Source: an uncultured Anaeroplasma sp. (GTDB taxonomy: Bacteria; Bacillota_I; Bacilli_A; Acholeplasmatales; Anaeroplasmataceae). From it: a stretch of 64,000 bases of DNA. Position numbers and translations under genes: made by a program. The notes below the pieces were generated by a model. It saw only the letters and a list, made by a program, of their open reading frames with translations. It searched no databases and was not told where the DNA came from. Shown in pieces: positions 49,316-59,600 of the stretch. Numbering within the stretch: position 1 is the first letter of the stretch; every line of letters begins with the position of its first letter. The stretch covers positions 1,099 through 65,098 of the forward strand of contig CAMEJG010000007.1 of NCBI GenBank assembly GCA_945919465.1, read 5' to 3'.

Positions 49316-49765
49316 ATGAAAAATAGAATTTGTTTGATTGGCGGTAATGAGTTAAATGCTTATTATTATGAAAATGGAGAATATATTGTTAGAAAAGATC
49401 ATTTCACTTCAAATTTAATAAAAAAATATGATGTAGATAATTTTTCATATTCTAAATTATCCTTTAATCATATTATTAATGAATTAAATATAAGATTAAA
49501 TAAAATTAAATATAACCAATGTATAATATCTATTGATTTATTGTATAATAATTGGAATGAAAAAGATATTGAAGCTTTATTTAATTATTTAAAAGATAAA
49601 TCTATTCCTATTTCAATAATATCTCTTGATAAATTACTTAATGATTATGCAAAAGAATTAGCAAATAAATATTCATTTAAAGTTATTTTAAAGGAAGAGA
49701 TAAAACTAAAAAAGAAAAAAGGCTTTAGTGGTAAAAAGCTTAATAGGATTTTGAATGAATTCTAG
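49316..49765 (+). CDS. Hypothetical protein
   Basis: Strong SD GGAGG and its own promoter; no family recognised. Confidence 0.7.
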   Translation: MKNRICLIGGNELNAYYYENGEYIVRKDHFTSNLIKKYDVDNFSYSKLSFNHIINELNIRLNKIKYNQCIISIDLLYNNWNEKDIEALFNYLKDKSIPISIISLDKLLNDYAKELANKYSFKVILKEEIKLKKKKGFSGKKLNRILNEF

Positions 49766-49864
49766 AATGAATTTGCTTATATAAATAATATATGCTAGAA
49801 TATATTTATATGTAATTAGGATTTTCTAATTTAATAGATAATTTCTATTGGAGATGTAGTTTTT

Positions 49865-50713
49865 ATGGAAAAGAGTAAAGAAAGATTAAATATTCTTAAG
49901 AAAATTGAAGAATATGAAAGAAGTGGTAGATTTGATGAGGATGTTGAGGATGATCCACCATCAAGACAAATAGAACCAGATGAAGTTGATTATCTTCAAA
50001 AAAAGCTTATTACAAGAATAAAAAGTAAATATGCATTTCATCAAGCAAGAAAGTATTTAAATAAAATACTAAAAAATAAAGAAATGATTGTTGATGATAT
50101 CATTGGCTGTGAGAATATAGGGAATTTAAAAACAGGAGCGATTATTACATGCAATCATTTTAATGCCTTTGATAGCTTTGCTATTCAAATGGCATATGAA
50201 AAAAGTGTTAAGAGTAAAAAGATAAAATTCTTTAGAGTTATTAGAGAAGGGAATTATACTAGTTTTCCTGGATTTTTTGGATTTTTAATGAGAAATTGTA
50301 ATACCTTACCCCTTTCTAGTAATAAAAAAACTATGCAGCAATTTATGAGAAGTGTTTCTAAGCTTTTAAATGATGGCCATTTAGTTTTAGTTTATCCAGA
50401 ACAATCAATGTGGTGGAATTATCGAAAGCCTAAACCACTAAAAAAAGGAGCCTTTCAATTTGCTGTTAAGGCAAATGTTCCTGTAGTACCATGTTTTATT
50501 ACTATGAAGGATAGCGATATTATTGGTAGTGATGGTTTTAATATTCAAAGATATACTATTCATATTTCTAAACCAATTATGCCTGATAGTGAAAAAAATC
50601 AAAATGAAAATATTGAAGCTATGATGAATGAAAACTATCGTGTTTGGAAAGAAATATATGAAGAAGTATATCAAACAAAGTTAGAATATTTAACTGAAGT
50701 TAAGAATGCCTAA
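49865..50713 (+). CDS. Lysophospholipid acyltransferase (PlsC family)
   Basis: NHFNAFD (NHxxxxD), VYPEQ and GAF.FA....VPVVP. Confidence 0.88.
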   Translation: MEKSKERLNILKKIEEYERSGRFDEDVEDDPPSRQIEPDEVDYLQKKLITRIKSKYAFHQARKYLNKILKNKEMIVDDIIGCENIGNLKTGAIITCNHFNAFDSFAIQMAYEKSVKSKKIKFFRVIREGNYTSFPGFFGFLMRNCNTLPLSSNKKTMQQFMRSVSKLLNDGHLVLVYPEQSMWWNYRKPKPLKKGAFQFAVKANVPVVPCFITMKDSDIIGSDGFNIQRYTIHISKPIMPDSEKNQNENIEAMMNENYRVWKEIYEEVYQTKLEYLTEVKNA

Positions 50714-50727
50714 TTAGGCATTTTTTT
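50704..50727 (+). terminator. Intrinsic terminator
   Basis: AATGCC-TAATTA-GGCATT followed by a T-run. Confidence 0.7.
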
Positions 50728-50777
50728 CTTGCTTTAGATAAGTATAGATAGTAGAATAATATAGTGAGGTGTTTAAA

Positions 50778-52022
50778 ATGTTAAATAAAGAGGTATTTAT
50801 TAAGCATAGAAAAAATGTATTTAGTATGATGCTTGATAATTCAGTTTTAATTCAATTTTCTAGAAAAAAAGAAGAAAGCGATGTTAATTCTAAATTAGAT
50901 ATTAATCGAAATTATTATTATTTATCTGGTAATTTAGAATTTGAAAATATAATAATTATTACCAAAAATAATAATAGATATAATGAAATGATTTTTATTA
51001 ATCCATATGATGAATACAAGGCTAAATGGGTAGGAGCTCCTTTATCAAAGGAAGAAATTATTAAATCAACTGGAATTAATAATGTATATTATTTAGATAG
51101 TTTTAATAATGTATTAAATAATATTTTATCTCAATATAAAAATATATATTTAGAGCTACCACAAACAGAACTTGATTTACCACTAACATTAGATGAAATA
51201 TTTGCGAATAAAATTAAAAATAAATATCCTTGGATTAATATTATTAATTCTATTGAATTATTATCATTATCAAGAATGAAAAAAGAACCAGAAGAAATAG
51301 AAATTATGAAAAAGGCTATTGATATTACATCAAAGGGATTAGAAAATGTATTATGTCATATTGGTCCAAAGATGGAATATCAATTAGAGAGCTATTTTGA
51401 TCAAGCAATAAAATATAATGGAGCAACAGGCTATGCCTTTAATACTATTGCTGCAAGAGGAGATAATGCTTGCTGCTTACATTACTGTGAAAATAATTCA
51501 ATGGCAAATGAGGGAGATTTAATATTATTTGACTTGGGTGCTTCAGTAAATATGTATTGTGCTGATATTTCAAGAACATATCCTATTAATGGTAAATTTA
51601 GTCCTAGACAAAAAGAATTATATGATATAGTATTAGGTGCTCAAAATGAAGTATTTAAGGCTTGTAAAGTAGGTGTTACTACTAAAGACTTAAATCAAGT
51701 GGTAATTAAATACTATCAAAAGGAATTAAAAAGAATTGGATTAATAAAGAATGATGATGAGGTTTCGAAATATTATTATCACGGTGTATCACATCATATA
51801 GGTTTAAATTGTCATGATTTAGCAAAATATGGTGTTGGACTAGAAGAGGGTAATATTATTTCTAATGAGCCTGGTCTTTATATTCAAGAAGAGGGCATAG
51901 GTATTCGTATTGAGGATGATATGCTTGTTACAAAGGATGGAGCTATTTGGTTGAGTCCTCAAATATTAAAAACTACAGAAGAAATAGAAGCATTTATTGA
52001 AAAAAATAGAAAAGATAAATAA
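50778..52022 (+). CDS. pepP: Xaa-Pro aminopeptidase (M24B)
   Basis: LHY, LFDLG, DISRT.P, HGVSHHIGL..HD, SNEPGLY and GIRIEDD. ATG at 50778 preferred. Confidence 0.92.
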   Translation: MLNKEVFIKHRKNVFSMMLDNSVLIQFSRKKEESDVNSKLDINRNYYYLSGNLEFENIIIITKNNNRYNEMIFINPYDEYKAKWVGAPLSKEEIIKSTGINNVYYLDSFNNVLNNILSQYKNIYLELPQTELDLPLTLDEIFANKIKNKYPWINIINSIELLSLSRMKKEPEEIEIMKKAIDITSKGLENVLCHIGPKMEYQLESYFDQAIKYNGATGYAFNTIAARGDNACCLHYCENNSMANEGDLILFDLGASVNMYCADISRTYPINGKFSPRQKELYDIVLGAQNEVFKACKVGVTTKDLNQVVIKYYQKELKRIGLIKNDDEVSKYYYHGVSHHIGLNCHDLAKYGVGLEEGNIISNEPGLYIQEEGIGIRIEDDMLVTKDGAIWLSPQILKTTEEIEAFIEKNRKDK

Positions 52023-52101
52023 TTTTTTAATAAATTGTGTCAAAAAAATGTAATTTTATGAAGTTTATTTATATTATTAATGAAATAATTTAGAATAATT
52101 C

Positions 52102-52130
52102 TTGAAAAGGTTTTCACAATTTGTTATAAT
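52102..52130 (+). promoter_or_regulatory. sigmaA promoter with a cre-like palindrome over the -35
   Basis: TTGAAA (52102-52107)-N17-TATAAT (52125-52130, extended TG); TGAAAAGGTTTTCA at 52103-52116. Confidence 0.6.
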
Positions 52131-52271
52131 AATGTTAATCTATGAGTGATATATTTATAATTAGAATATATTGGTTATTTTACTAAAATATTGATATTAG
52201 TTCATTTTAAATTTTAGGGATTAAACTAATATTATTTTTAGTATTAATTAATGAAGTAAAGGAGAAATACG

Positions 52272-53891
52272 ATGAAAAAAATAGTTTGTGATTTATGTGG
52301 AGAATCAGATTTCGTCAAGGTTAATGGCTTCTTCGAATGCCAGGTATGTGGTGCGAAATATACTATTGAAGAAGCAAGAAGTATGTTCGTTGAAGTTGAT
52401 GATCCAAAAGAAAAGACATCAGCACAAGTTGAAGAAGATACATTTGAAGAGGATCCAGTGTTAAAACCAAAACCAGCACCTACTATCGTTAAGAAGGTTG
52501 TTGTTCAAACTAAACCTCAAGGTACTGATGCTAAAAAAATCGTTTCAGGTATAAAGAAAACTCAAGTTACTAAAGAAGAAGAGGCACAAAAGAAGAGCAC
52601 TCAAAATGTAGTTGTTAAGAAGGTTGTAGCTGTTAGACCTGTTAATGTTCAACCTGCTCCACAGCCAAAGAAGGCTCCTGTTGCTAGACCTGTTCAAGAA
52701 AGAAGCTTCCAAAATGAAAAATCTCAAATGATTGAGAATCTATTTATTTTAGGTCAAAATGCTTTTGATTCTGAAAATTATACAGATGCAGAAAATTATG
52801 CAAATCGTATTATTGAAATTGATGCAACTAACTCAGATGCATGGTTGATGAAGGGTAATTGTGCTGGTAAGAATAATTCTAATGGTAATTTCCGTTTAGT
52901 TGAAGCAGTTAATTGCTGGAATTCTTGTTTACTTAATGCCTCAAAAGAGGAATTTGAGGATTATCAATTTACTGTACGTACAAACTGTATCGATATAGCT
53001 GTTGCTTATGTATTAAAGAGTATTGGTGATTTTAAAAATAATCCAGGTGAAGAAAGTCTAAGTAAGATTAAAAATACTATAGATTATGTAGAGCCTATGA
53101 TGCGTAAGGCTAATCAAACCTTTGGTGTTGATATTAATGTTTATGAGGATAAGCTTGCTTCTAACATTAATGCATTTGTTAGTGCCGTGTCAAAGCAATC
53201 ACTTCAAACCTTTGGAAAAAAGGCTGAGACTCAAACTGATGAAGCATATCAAAAATTTGTTCAAGTACAGGATGCTTGTATCTTAGCTTGGGATTATTTA
53301 ATGGATTTAGCTAAAAAGCATGGTACTGTATCATCAATTCTATCTAACTTAGTAAAAATGCAAGAAGCAATTATTCGTAATTGTGGTCATAAGGTAGTTG
53401 GTACTAAGGTTAAAGAAAGTGTTAAGTGTTCATTAAGTGAACGTAACCAACGTCTTGAAAAGATTAAAAAGGCTAAGAAGAAGCTTGAAGATAAATTCGT
53501 TGATATTCGTAAGCGTGACCGTGTTGAACAAAAATTCAAGAATGCTAAATATTGGGAAGAACATCAAGAAGAGAAAGAAGAGCTTCTTAGAGAACGTCAA
53601 AAGCTTGAACATGAAGTATTCGAGCTTGAAAATGCTAAGCTTAAGATGCCTGAGCTTGCTGAAATCAAGAAACTTGAGGAAGAGGCATTACGTCTTCAAA
53701 TTCTTAAGGATAATCCAACATATTCTACAAAAGAGCGTAACGCATTTATGGATCAGCTTAATAAAACTAGAAAACAAGTTGTTACTAAGAAGCGTGAGCT
53801 TGCTAGCCGTCTAAACCCAATCGAGGATAAGATTGAGAAGATGAAGAAGAGAATGGTTAACATTGATCTTGAATTAAATATGAATAGATAA
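52272..53891 (+). CDS. TFIIB-type zinc-ribbon protein with a low-complexity linker, TPR-like repeat and C-terminal coiled coil
   Basis: CDLCG...CQVCG; K/V/P/Q-rich linker; GQNAFDSENY..AENYANRIIEIDATNSDAWLMKG; heptad-rich C-terminus. Confidence 0.8.
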   Translation: MKKIVCDLCGESDFVKVNGFFECQVCGAKYTIEEARSMFVEVDDPKEKTSAQVEEDTFEEDPVLKPKPAPTIVKKVVVQTKPQGTDAKKIVSGIKKTQVTKEEEAQKKSTQNVVVKKVVAVRPVNVQPAPQPKKAPVARPVQERSFQNEKSQMIENLFILGQNAFDSENYTDAENYANRIIEIDATNSDAWLMKGNCAGKNNSNGNFRLVEAVNCWNSCLLNASKEEFEDYQFTVRTNCIDIAVAYVLKSIGDFKNNPGEESLSKIKNTIDYVEPMMRKANQTFGVDINVYEDKLASNINAFVSAVSKQSLQTFGKKAETQTDEAYQKFVQVQDACILAWDYLMDLAKKHGTVSSILSNLVKMQEAIIRNCGHKVVGTKVKESVKCSLSERNQRLEKIKKAKKKLEDKFVDIRKRDRVEQKFKNAKYWEEHQEEKEELLRERQKLEHEVFELENAKLKMPELAEIKKLEEEALRLQILKDNPTYSTKERNAFMDQLNKTRKQVVTKKRELASRLNPIEDKIEKMKKRMVNIDLELNMNR

Positions 53892-53896
53892 TTTAT

Positions 53897-53920
53897 AGGG
53901 ACTGTTATACAGTCCCTTAT
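53897..53920 (+). terminator. Hairpin terminator
   Basis: AGGGACTGT-TAT-ACAGTCCCT. Confidence 0.65.
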
Positions 53921-53976
53921 TCAATTATTTGACTTTACTGTTTTAGAGTGATAATATTGTGATGGAAGGTGATACT

Positions 53977-55035
53977 GTGAAGGTGGCAATAATTGGTGCT
54001 GGAGCTTCAGGCTTAATGCTTTCAAGAATATTAACTGAAATGAATATTTCTTATACTTTATTTGAAAGAAAAAAAGCAGGAAGAAAGCTACTCGCAAGTG
54101 GAAATGGCAGATGTAATATTTCAAATATAAATATTGATTCTAATTCTTATTTGAATAATAGCTTTGCTTATAATCTAGTTAAAAATAATCAAAAAGAATT
54201 ATTTGATTTATTTAAAAAATTAAATATATATACCTACTCCGATAACGAAGGTAGATTATATCCTATTTCAGAATCTAGTCAATCAGTATATAATATTCTA
54301 ACTGAAAAAATTAATAATATAGAATATATTACTATAAATGAAATAAATAAAATAAATAATAAATATTATCTAAATAAAATATATGGTCCTTTTGATTATG
54401 TAGCCATCACAATAGGCTCAAATGCTTCAATTAATGAAGAATATAGCTATAATTTATTAGATAATATCGGTGTAAATTATAATGAATTTAGACCTTCTTT
54501 AGTTGGATTTAAATTAAAAGAAAAAACTAAAGAAATATCAGGAGTAAGACAAAAATGTCTTATTAAGCTATTAGATAATAATAAAATTATCTACTCTGAA
54601 AAGGGAGAAATAATATTTAAAAATGATGGTATATCAGGAATATGTATAATGAATGCATCAGCATTTTATAATCATTACCCTAATAAAAAGAATATATTAT
54701 TATCAATAGATTTTTTAAATGGTATCAAATATAATTCATTATCATCAGTATTAAAGCCTGATTTATTAAACTATATTAATAAATATAATTTAGATCCAAC
54801 TAATTTAATATTTAATATTATAGATACTTATGATATCAAAAATGCTCAGGTTGGCTATGGTGGAATTAGTTTAAATGAAGTAAATAATGATCTATCCTTT
54901 AAAAAAGATAATAATATTTATTTTGGTGGAGAGGTATTAGATTGTGATGGTGTCTGTGGTGGCTATAATCTAATGCTAGCTTTTTGTTCTGCAATAGTTA
55001 TTTCAAGGAGTATATATGAAATATCAAATAAATAA
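53977..55035 (+). CDS. NAD(P)/FAD-dependent oxidoreductase, HI0933/YhiN family
   Basis: IIGAGASG, GRKLLASGNGRCNISN, EGR.YP, AQV..GG and GEVLDCDG.CGGYNL. GTG at 53977 fits the SD. Confidence 0.9.
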   Translation: MKVAIIGAGASGLMLSRILTEMNISYTLFERKKAGRKLLASGNGRCNISNINIDSNSYLNNSFAYNLVKNNQKELFDLFKKLNIYTYSDNEGRLYPISESSQSVYNILTEKINNIEYITINEINKINNKYYLNKIYGPFDYVAITIGSNASINEEYSYNLLDNIGVNYNEFRPSLVGFKLKEKTKEISGVRQKCLIKLLDNNKIIYSEKGEIIFKNDGISGICIMNASAFYNHYPNKKNILLSIDFLNGIKYNSLSSVLKPDLLNYINKYNLDPTNLIFNIIDTYDIKNAQVGYGGISLNEVNNDLSFKKDNNIYFGGEVLDCDGVCGGYNLMLAFCSAIVISRSIYEISNK

Positions 55036-56557
55036 TTTTAAAGTTAATCCTAAGGATTTAAATAATTTAGAAAATATAATAAAAGCTAAATTAAAAATAA
55101 ATAATTTTAAATATAAAATATTATCTAAATCCATTGATGCAAGAGATAAAAATAATGTTTTTGTCATTTTTAAACTTCTAATTGATACTCCTTCATATAT
55201 TAAATATAAGGACATGTCTATATATGAGGAAAAAGAAATAAAAATTGATTATCCAAAATGGAATGATATTAGTCCTGTAATAGTAGGCTTTGGTCCTGCA
55301 GGAATGTTTGCAGCATTATATTTAGCAAGATGTGGGGCAAAGCCTATTATAATTGAAAGAGGAAAGAAAATAGAAGATAGAAAAAAAGATGTATTATTAT
55401 TTTTAAATGAAAAGAAGCTTAATGAAAACTCTAATGTTCAATATGGTGAGGGTGGCGCAGGAGCTTTTTCTGATGGAAAGCTTACTACTAATTTAAGAAA
55501 TCCTTTAATAAATTTCATATTGGAAGAATTTTATAAGCATGGAGCTAAAGAAGATATTTTATATGATGCAAAGCCTCATATTGGTACTGATTACTTGGAA
55601 ATTATAGTAAGAAATATTAGATTAGAAATAGAAAAGCTTGGAGGAAAATTTTATTTCAGTACAAGATTCATTGATGCGAAAAGAATTGATAATCAATTAT
55701 TTGCAGTTATAGAAAATGATAATAAAATAGAAATAAAAACTAACCATATTTTATTAGGAATTGGACATAGTGCTAAGGATACTATAAGACATTTATATAA
55801 TAATATGAATGTTAATATGGAACAAAAGGCCTTTTCTATGGGTGTTAGAATAGAACATTTAAAGGATAAAATAAATGAAGCTCAATATGGAAAATATAAA
55901 GACTATTTACCAGCAGCATATTATAATCTATCAGCCCATGATGAAAATAATAGAGGAGTATATACCTTCTGTATGTGTCCTGGTGGTTATGTTTTAGCAT
56001 CCACATCAGATAAAGATACTATAGTAGTTAATGGAATGAGCAATAATGATAGAGGTAATATTAATTCTAATTCTGCCTTATTAGTTGATGTAAGAACCAG
56101 TGATTATGATAAAGGTAATGTACTTGATGGAATTGATTATCAAGAAAAATATGAAAAATTAGCCTTTAATGCTTCAAAGGATTATAGAGCTCCATCTAAT
56201 TTAGTAAAAGAATTTTTAAACAATGAAATAGCAATAAAAGAAAGAAGCATAAAATCATCATATCCTCATGGACTTAATATGTGTGATTTATATACAGTGC
56301 TTCCAGATTATGTTGTTGAAGGATTGAAATTTGGTATTAGAAGCTTTGCGAAAAAAATACAAGGCTTTGATGATCCAGATGCAATATTAGTGGGAATAGA
56401 ATCTAGAAGCTCATCTCCAGTAAGAATATTAAGAGATGAAAATATGGAATCAAGCTTTAAAGGAATCTATCCTATGGGAGAAGGAGCAGGCTATGCAGGT
56501 GGTATTACCTCAGCAGCATTAGATGGACTTAAGGTAGCGATGAAAATATCTAAATAA
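55016..56557 (+). CDS. Uncharacterised FAD-dependent oxidoreductase (COG2509-like)
   Basis: VGFGPAG, SNVQYGEGGAGAFSDGKL, PHIGTD, YTFCMCPGG and GEGAGYAGGI.SAA.DG. Confidence 0.9.
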   Translation: MKYQINNFKVNPKDLNNLENIIKAKLKINNFKYKILSKSIDARDKNNVFVIFKLLIDTPSYIKYKDMSIYEEKEIKIDYPKWNDISPVIVGFGPAGMFAALYLARCGAKPIIIERGKKIEDRKKDVLLFLNEKKLNENSNVQYGEGGAGAFSDGKLTTNLRNPLINFILEEFYKHGAKEDILYDAKPHIGTDYLEIIVRNIRLEIEKLGGKFYFSTRFIDAKRIDNQLFAVIENDNKIEIKTNHILLGIGHSAKDTIRHLYNNMNVNMEQKAFSMGVRIEHLKDKINEAQYGKYKDYLPAAYYNLSAHDENNRGVYTFCMCPGGYVLASTSDKDTIVVNGMSNNDRGNINSNSALLVDVRTSDYDKGNVLDGIDYQEKYEKLAFNASKDYRAPSNLVKEFLNNEIAIKERSIKSSYPHGLNMCDLYTVLPDYVVEGLKFGIRSFAKKIQGFDDPDAILVGIESRSSSPVRILRDENMESSFKGIYPMGEGAGYAGGITSAALDGLKVAMKISK

Positions 56558-56638
56558 AAAAATTTCATTTTCTTTTATACATTATTAAATATTAGTTTTA
56601 TAATCTAGGTATCAATAATTAAAATATTTTAGAAAGAA

Positions 56639-59600
56639 GTGAATTTTATGAATAAAGGACTTAAATCCTATGCCAAACAGCTTAAAGGTCAAGTTGGTAA
56701 AATCAAATATAATATTAATTTAAATTTTAATGATTCAAATGTAATATTAGAAATACCTCTATTTAATACATTAGGTATAAACCCATTATCATTATCATTA
56801 ATCTATAATCATCAATCTAGAACTACTATTAATGAATTTGGTGCTGGTATAAAAACAAATTATGATTATAAGTATATAAAATCTCTTAAAAAAATAATAA
56901 ATCCAGATTTTACAGAGGATATATATACTGGATATCAACAAGCAGATCAAATATTATACCCAAATAAATATATTTATAGAAATAAAGATACTAATTTTGA
57001 TTTATATACATCAGTTAGAAGTGATGTAAATACTAATAATTTTTTATATGATCCATATAAAAATAAATATAATTTTGATAATAATACTAACAATTATATA
57101 ACTAAAATAGAATATATAAATGGTTTTGTAACTGATTATAAAGCTAATAATATATTATTAAATAATAATCAAGGAACTATAATAACTAAAGAAGAATTAG
57201 TATCTGGTTCTACTAAAAAAATAATATTATATGAATTAGAAAATAATATAGAAATATCAAGAGTAACCCTATATTATAATAATTCAACTAATAAATTATA
57301 TAATATTACATTTAAAGAAGATTATATTGATGAATATTATTTAACAATAAACAATAATAATATTAAAATATATAGTGAAAGAGATAAATATGCTATATTA
57401 ATTAATTTAATAGAAATAGATGATAATAATAAGAAAATAGAAATATATGAGGAATATTATGATTATTTCTTACAGGATGATGATTCATATGATGTTGAAT
57501 TAGATGGACAATATTTATTATATACAATTAATTTAAATCTAAATAAAACAGAAATAATAGATAAAAATAATAATAAAAGCTATATAAAATTTGATGATAG
57601 AGATTTACCAATATTAGAATATACAGATAAAAATGTATATATAAAGACAAGCTATGATAATGATAAAAAACTAATATATCAAGGTAATAGTGTTAATTTA
57701 CATGAGACAGTAGTATTAGGAGATAATAGCTTCACACATGTAGAGGCAATAAATGTAAATTATCAAAATACTACAATTTCTAATGATATATATACATTAG
57801 GTTTTAATCATAATATTAGTGTTAGCTATAATGATAATCAAATATCAAAAATGGGCTTTATTAAAGAAGCTAATGGCTTAAAGGATGATATTATTACAAT
57901 AATAACAATCCTTAAGCTAATAGCTAAAACAGAAAACTCCTCAGCTAAAATAAATATCTATTTATATAAGGATAATATAGATGTAATAAAAAAAGAATTT
58001 GATATATTAAATAATCAAATAATAAATGAAAAAGAATTAGTAATAGTAGGCTTTAAAGCTCCATCACCATATGATGAAATAAAAGTAGAAATAGAAAGCT
58101 ATTTAATTAACTATGAAATATCAGATATCATATTAACTGATATGCTATATGGTACATATTATTCTTATTCATCAGATAAGAGAAATATAATAAAAATAGA
58201 TAATGGAATTAATGATATATTATTAGGATATAGTAATAATATCATAGAATCAGAACTATCAACCTCAGGTAGTGAGACTATATATAAATATGATTCTAAG
58301 AATAATCCCATTATTAAAATGAATAGCTATGGAAATTATATAAAATATAATTATGATGAAAATACAAATCAAATATTATCAATTAATCCAAGCTATTCTA
58401 GTAATACTATATATGAATATGATTCAGTCAATAATGTAACAAAGATAAAAGAATATAAAAATATAAATGAATATGATGAGACTAATAATACCTATGATAA
58501 ATATCATAGAATAATTACTACATCTAAAAATAATCATAATTTTAATTATACCTATCAAAATGGAAGAATAGCTACTATTTCTGAGAATGGAAAAAATATA
58601 AATATTAATTATGATGATAAAGGCTTAATTAAAGAAATAATAACCAATAATCTTACATTTTATTTCATTTATACAAGAAAGAATATCTTATCATATTTAT
58701 CAATAAATAATAGAATGTTATTTGATAGATTTTATGATGATAATGATAATCTAATTAAGATTAAATATAGTAATGAAAATATTACTGATTTCATTTATAA
58801 TAATAATCTACTTACAGATATTAAATATAATAATTCAAATAGATTTAATATAGAATATGATAATTATTCAAGAATAACTAAAATCAATAATGAATTATTA
58901 AATATAGCTACTAATTATTATTATGATAATTATAATAGAATAAAAGAAATAATAGATAATAATAATCAAATTAAATATTTTTATAATGAAGAGAATAATT
59001 ATATAAATAAAAATATTAATATAAGAAATTATAATATTAATTATTCATATAATAATTATACAAATAGAAAATTATCATTATTTTCAAGATTAAGATATTT
59101 ATTTAATAATAGAGGCTATGTAGGAACCTTCTTTTTATCAGATACCTATTTAAGAGGAAAAAATAATGAAGAATATCTAATATATCCATCATCATTAAAT
59201 TTAAATAATATAAGATATATAGAAGGAATACCTCAATATAGTTTATTACTAAATCCTAATTTCTATATATCGACAAATAATACTACATCAGGCTCAATAG
59301 GCTTTTGGTATCAACAACCAGATTTTGATGAACATCTTATTAGCTCAAGAAGATATATTCTATTATCAAAAGAAAATAAAGATAATAATAATATTAGAAT
59401 ATATCTTAAAATAGAAGGCTATAAATTGAAATTATGCTTAAAAGTAAATAGTAATTTTTATGATTATGAAATGAGTGAAAGAGACTATACTAGCAATTGG
59501 CATTTTATTTCAATGAGCTATAGTATTAATTCAAATACATTAGCTGCATCAATTCAATTAGATAATTATATAAAAGATCAAACATTTAATTTACCTTATG

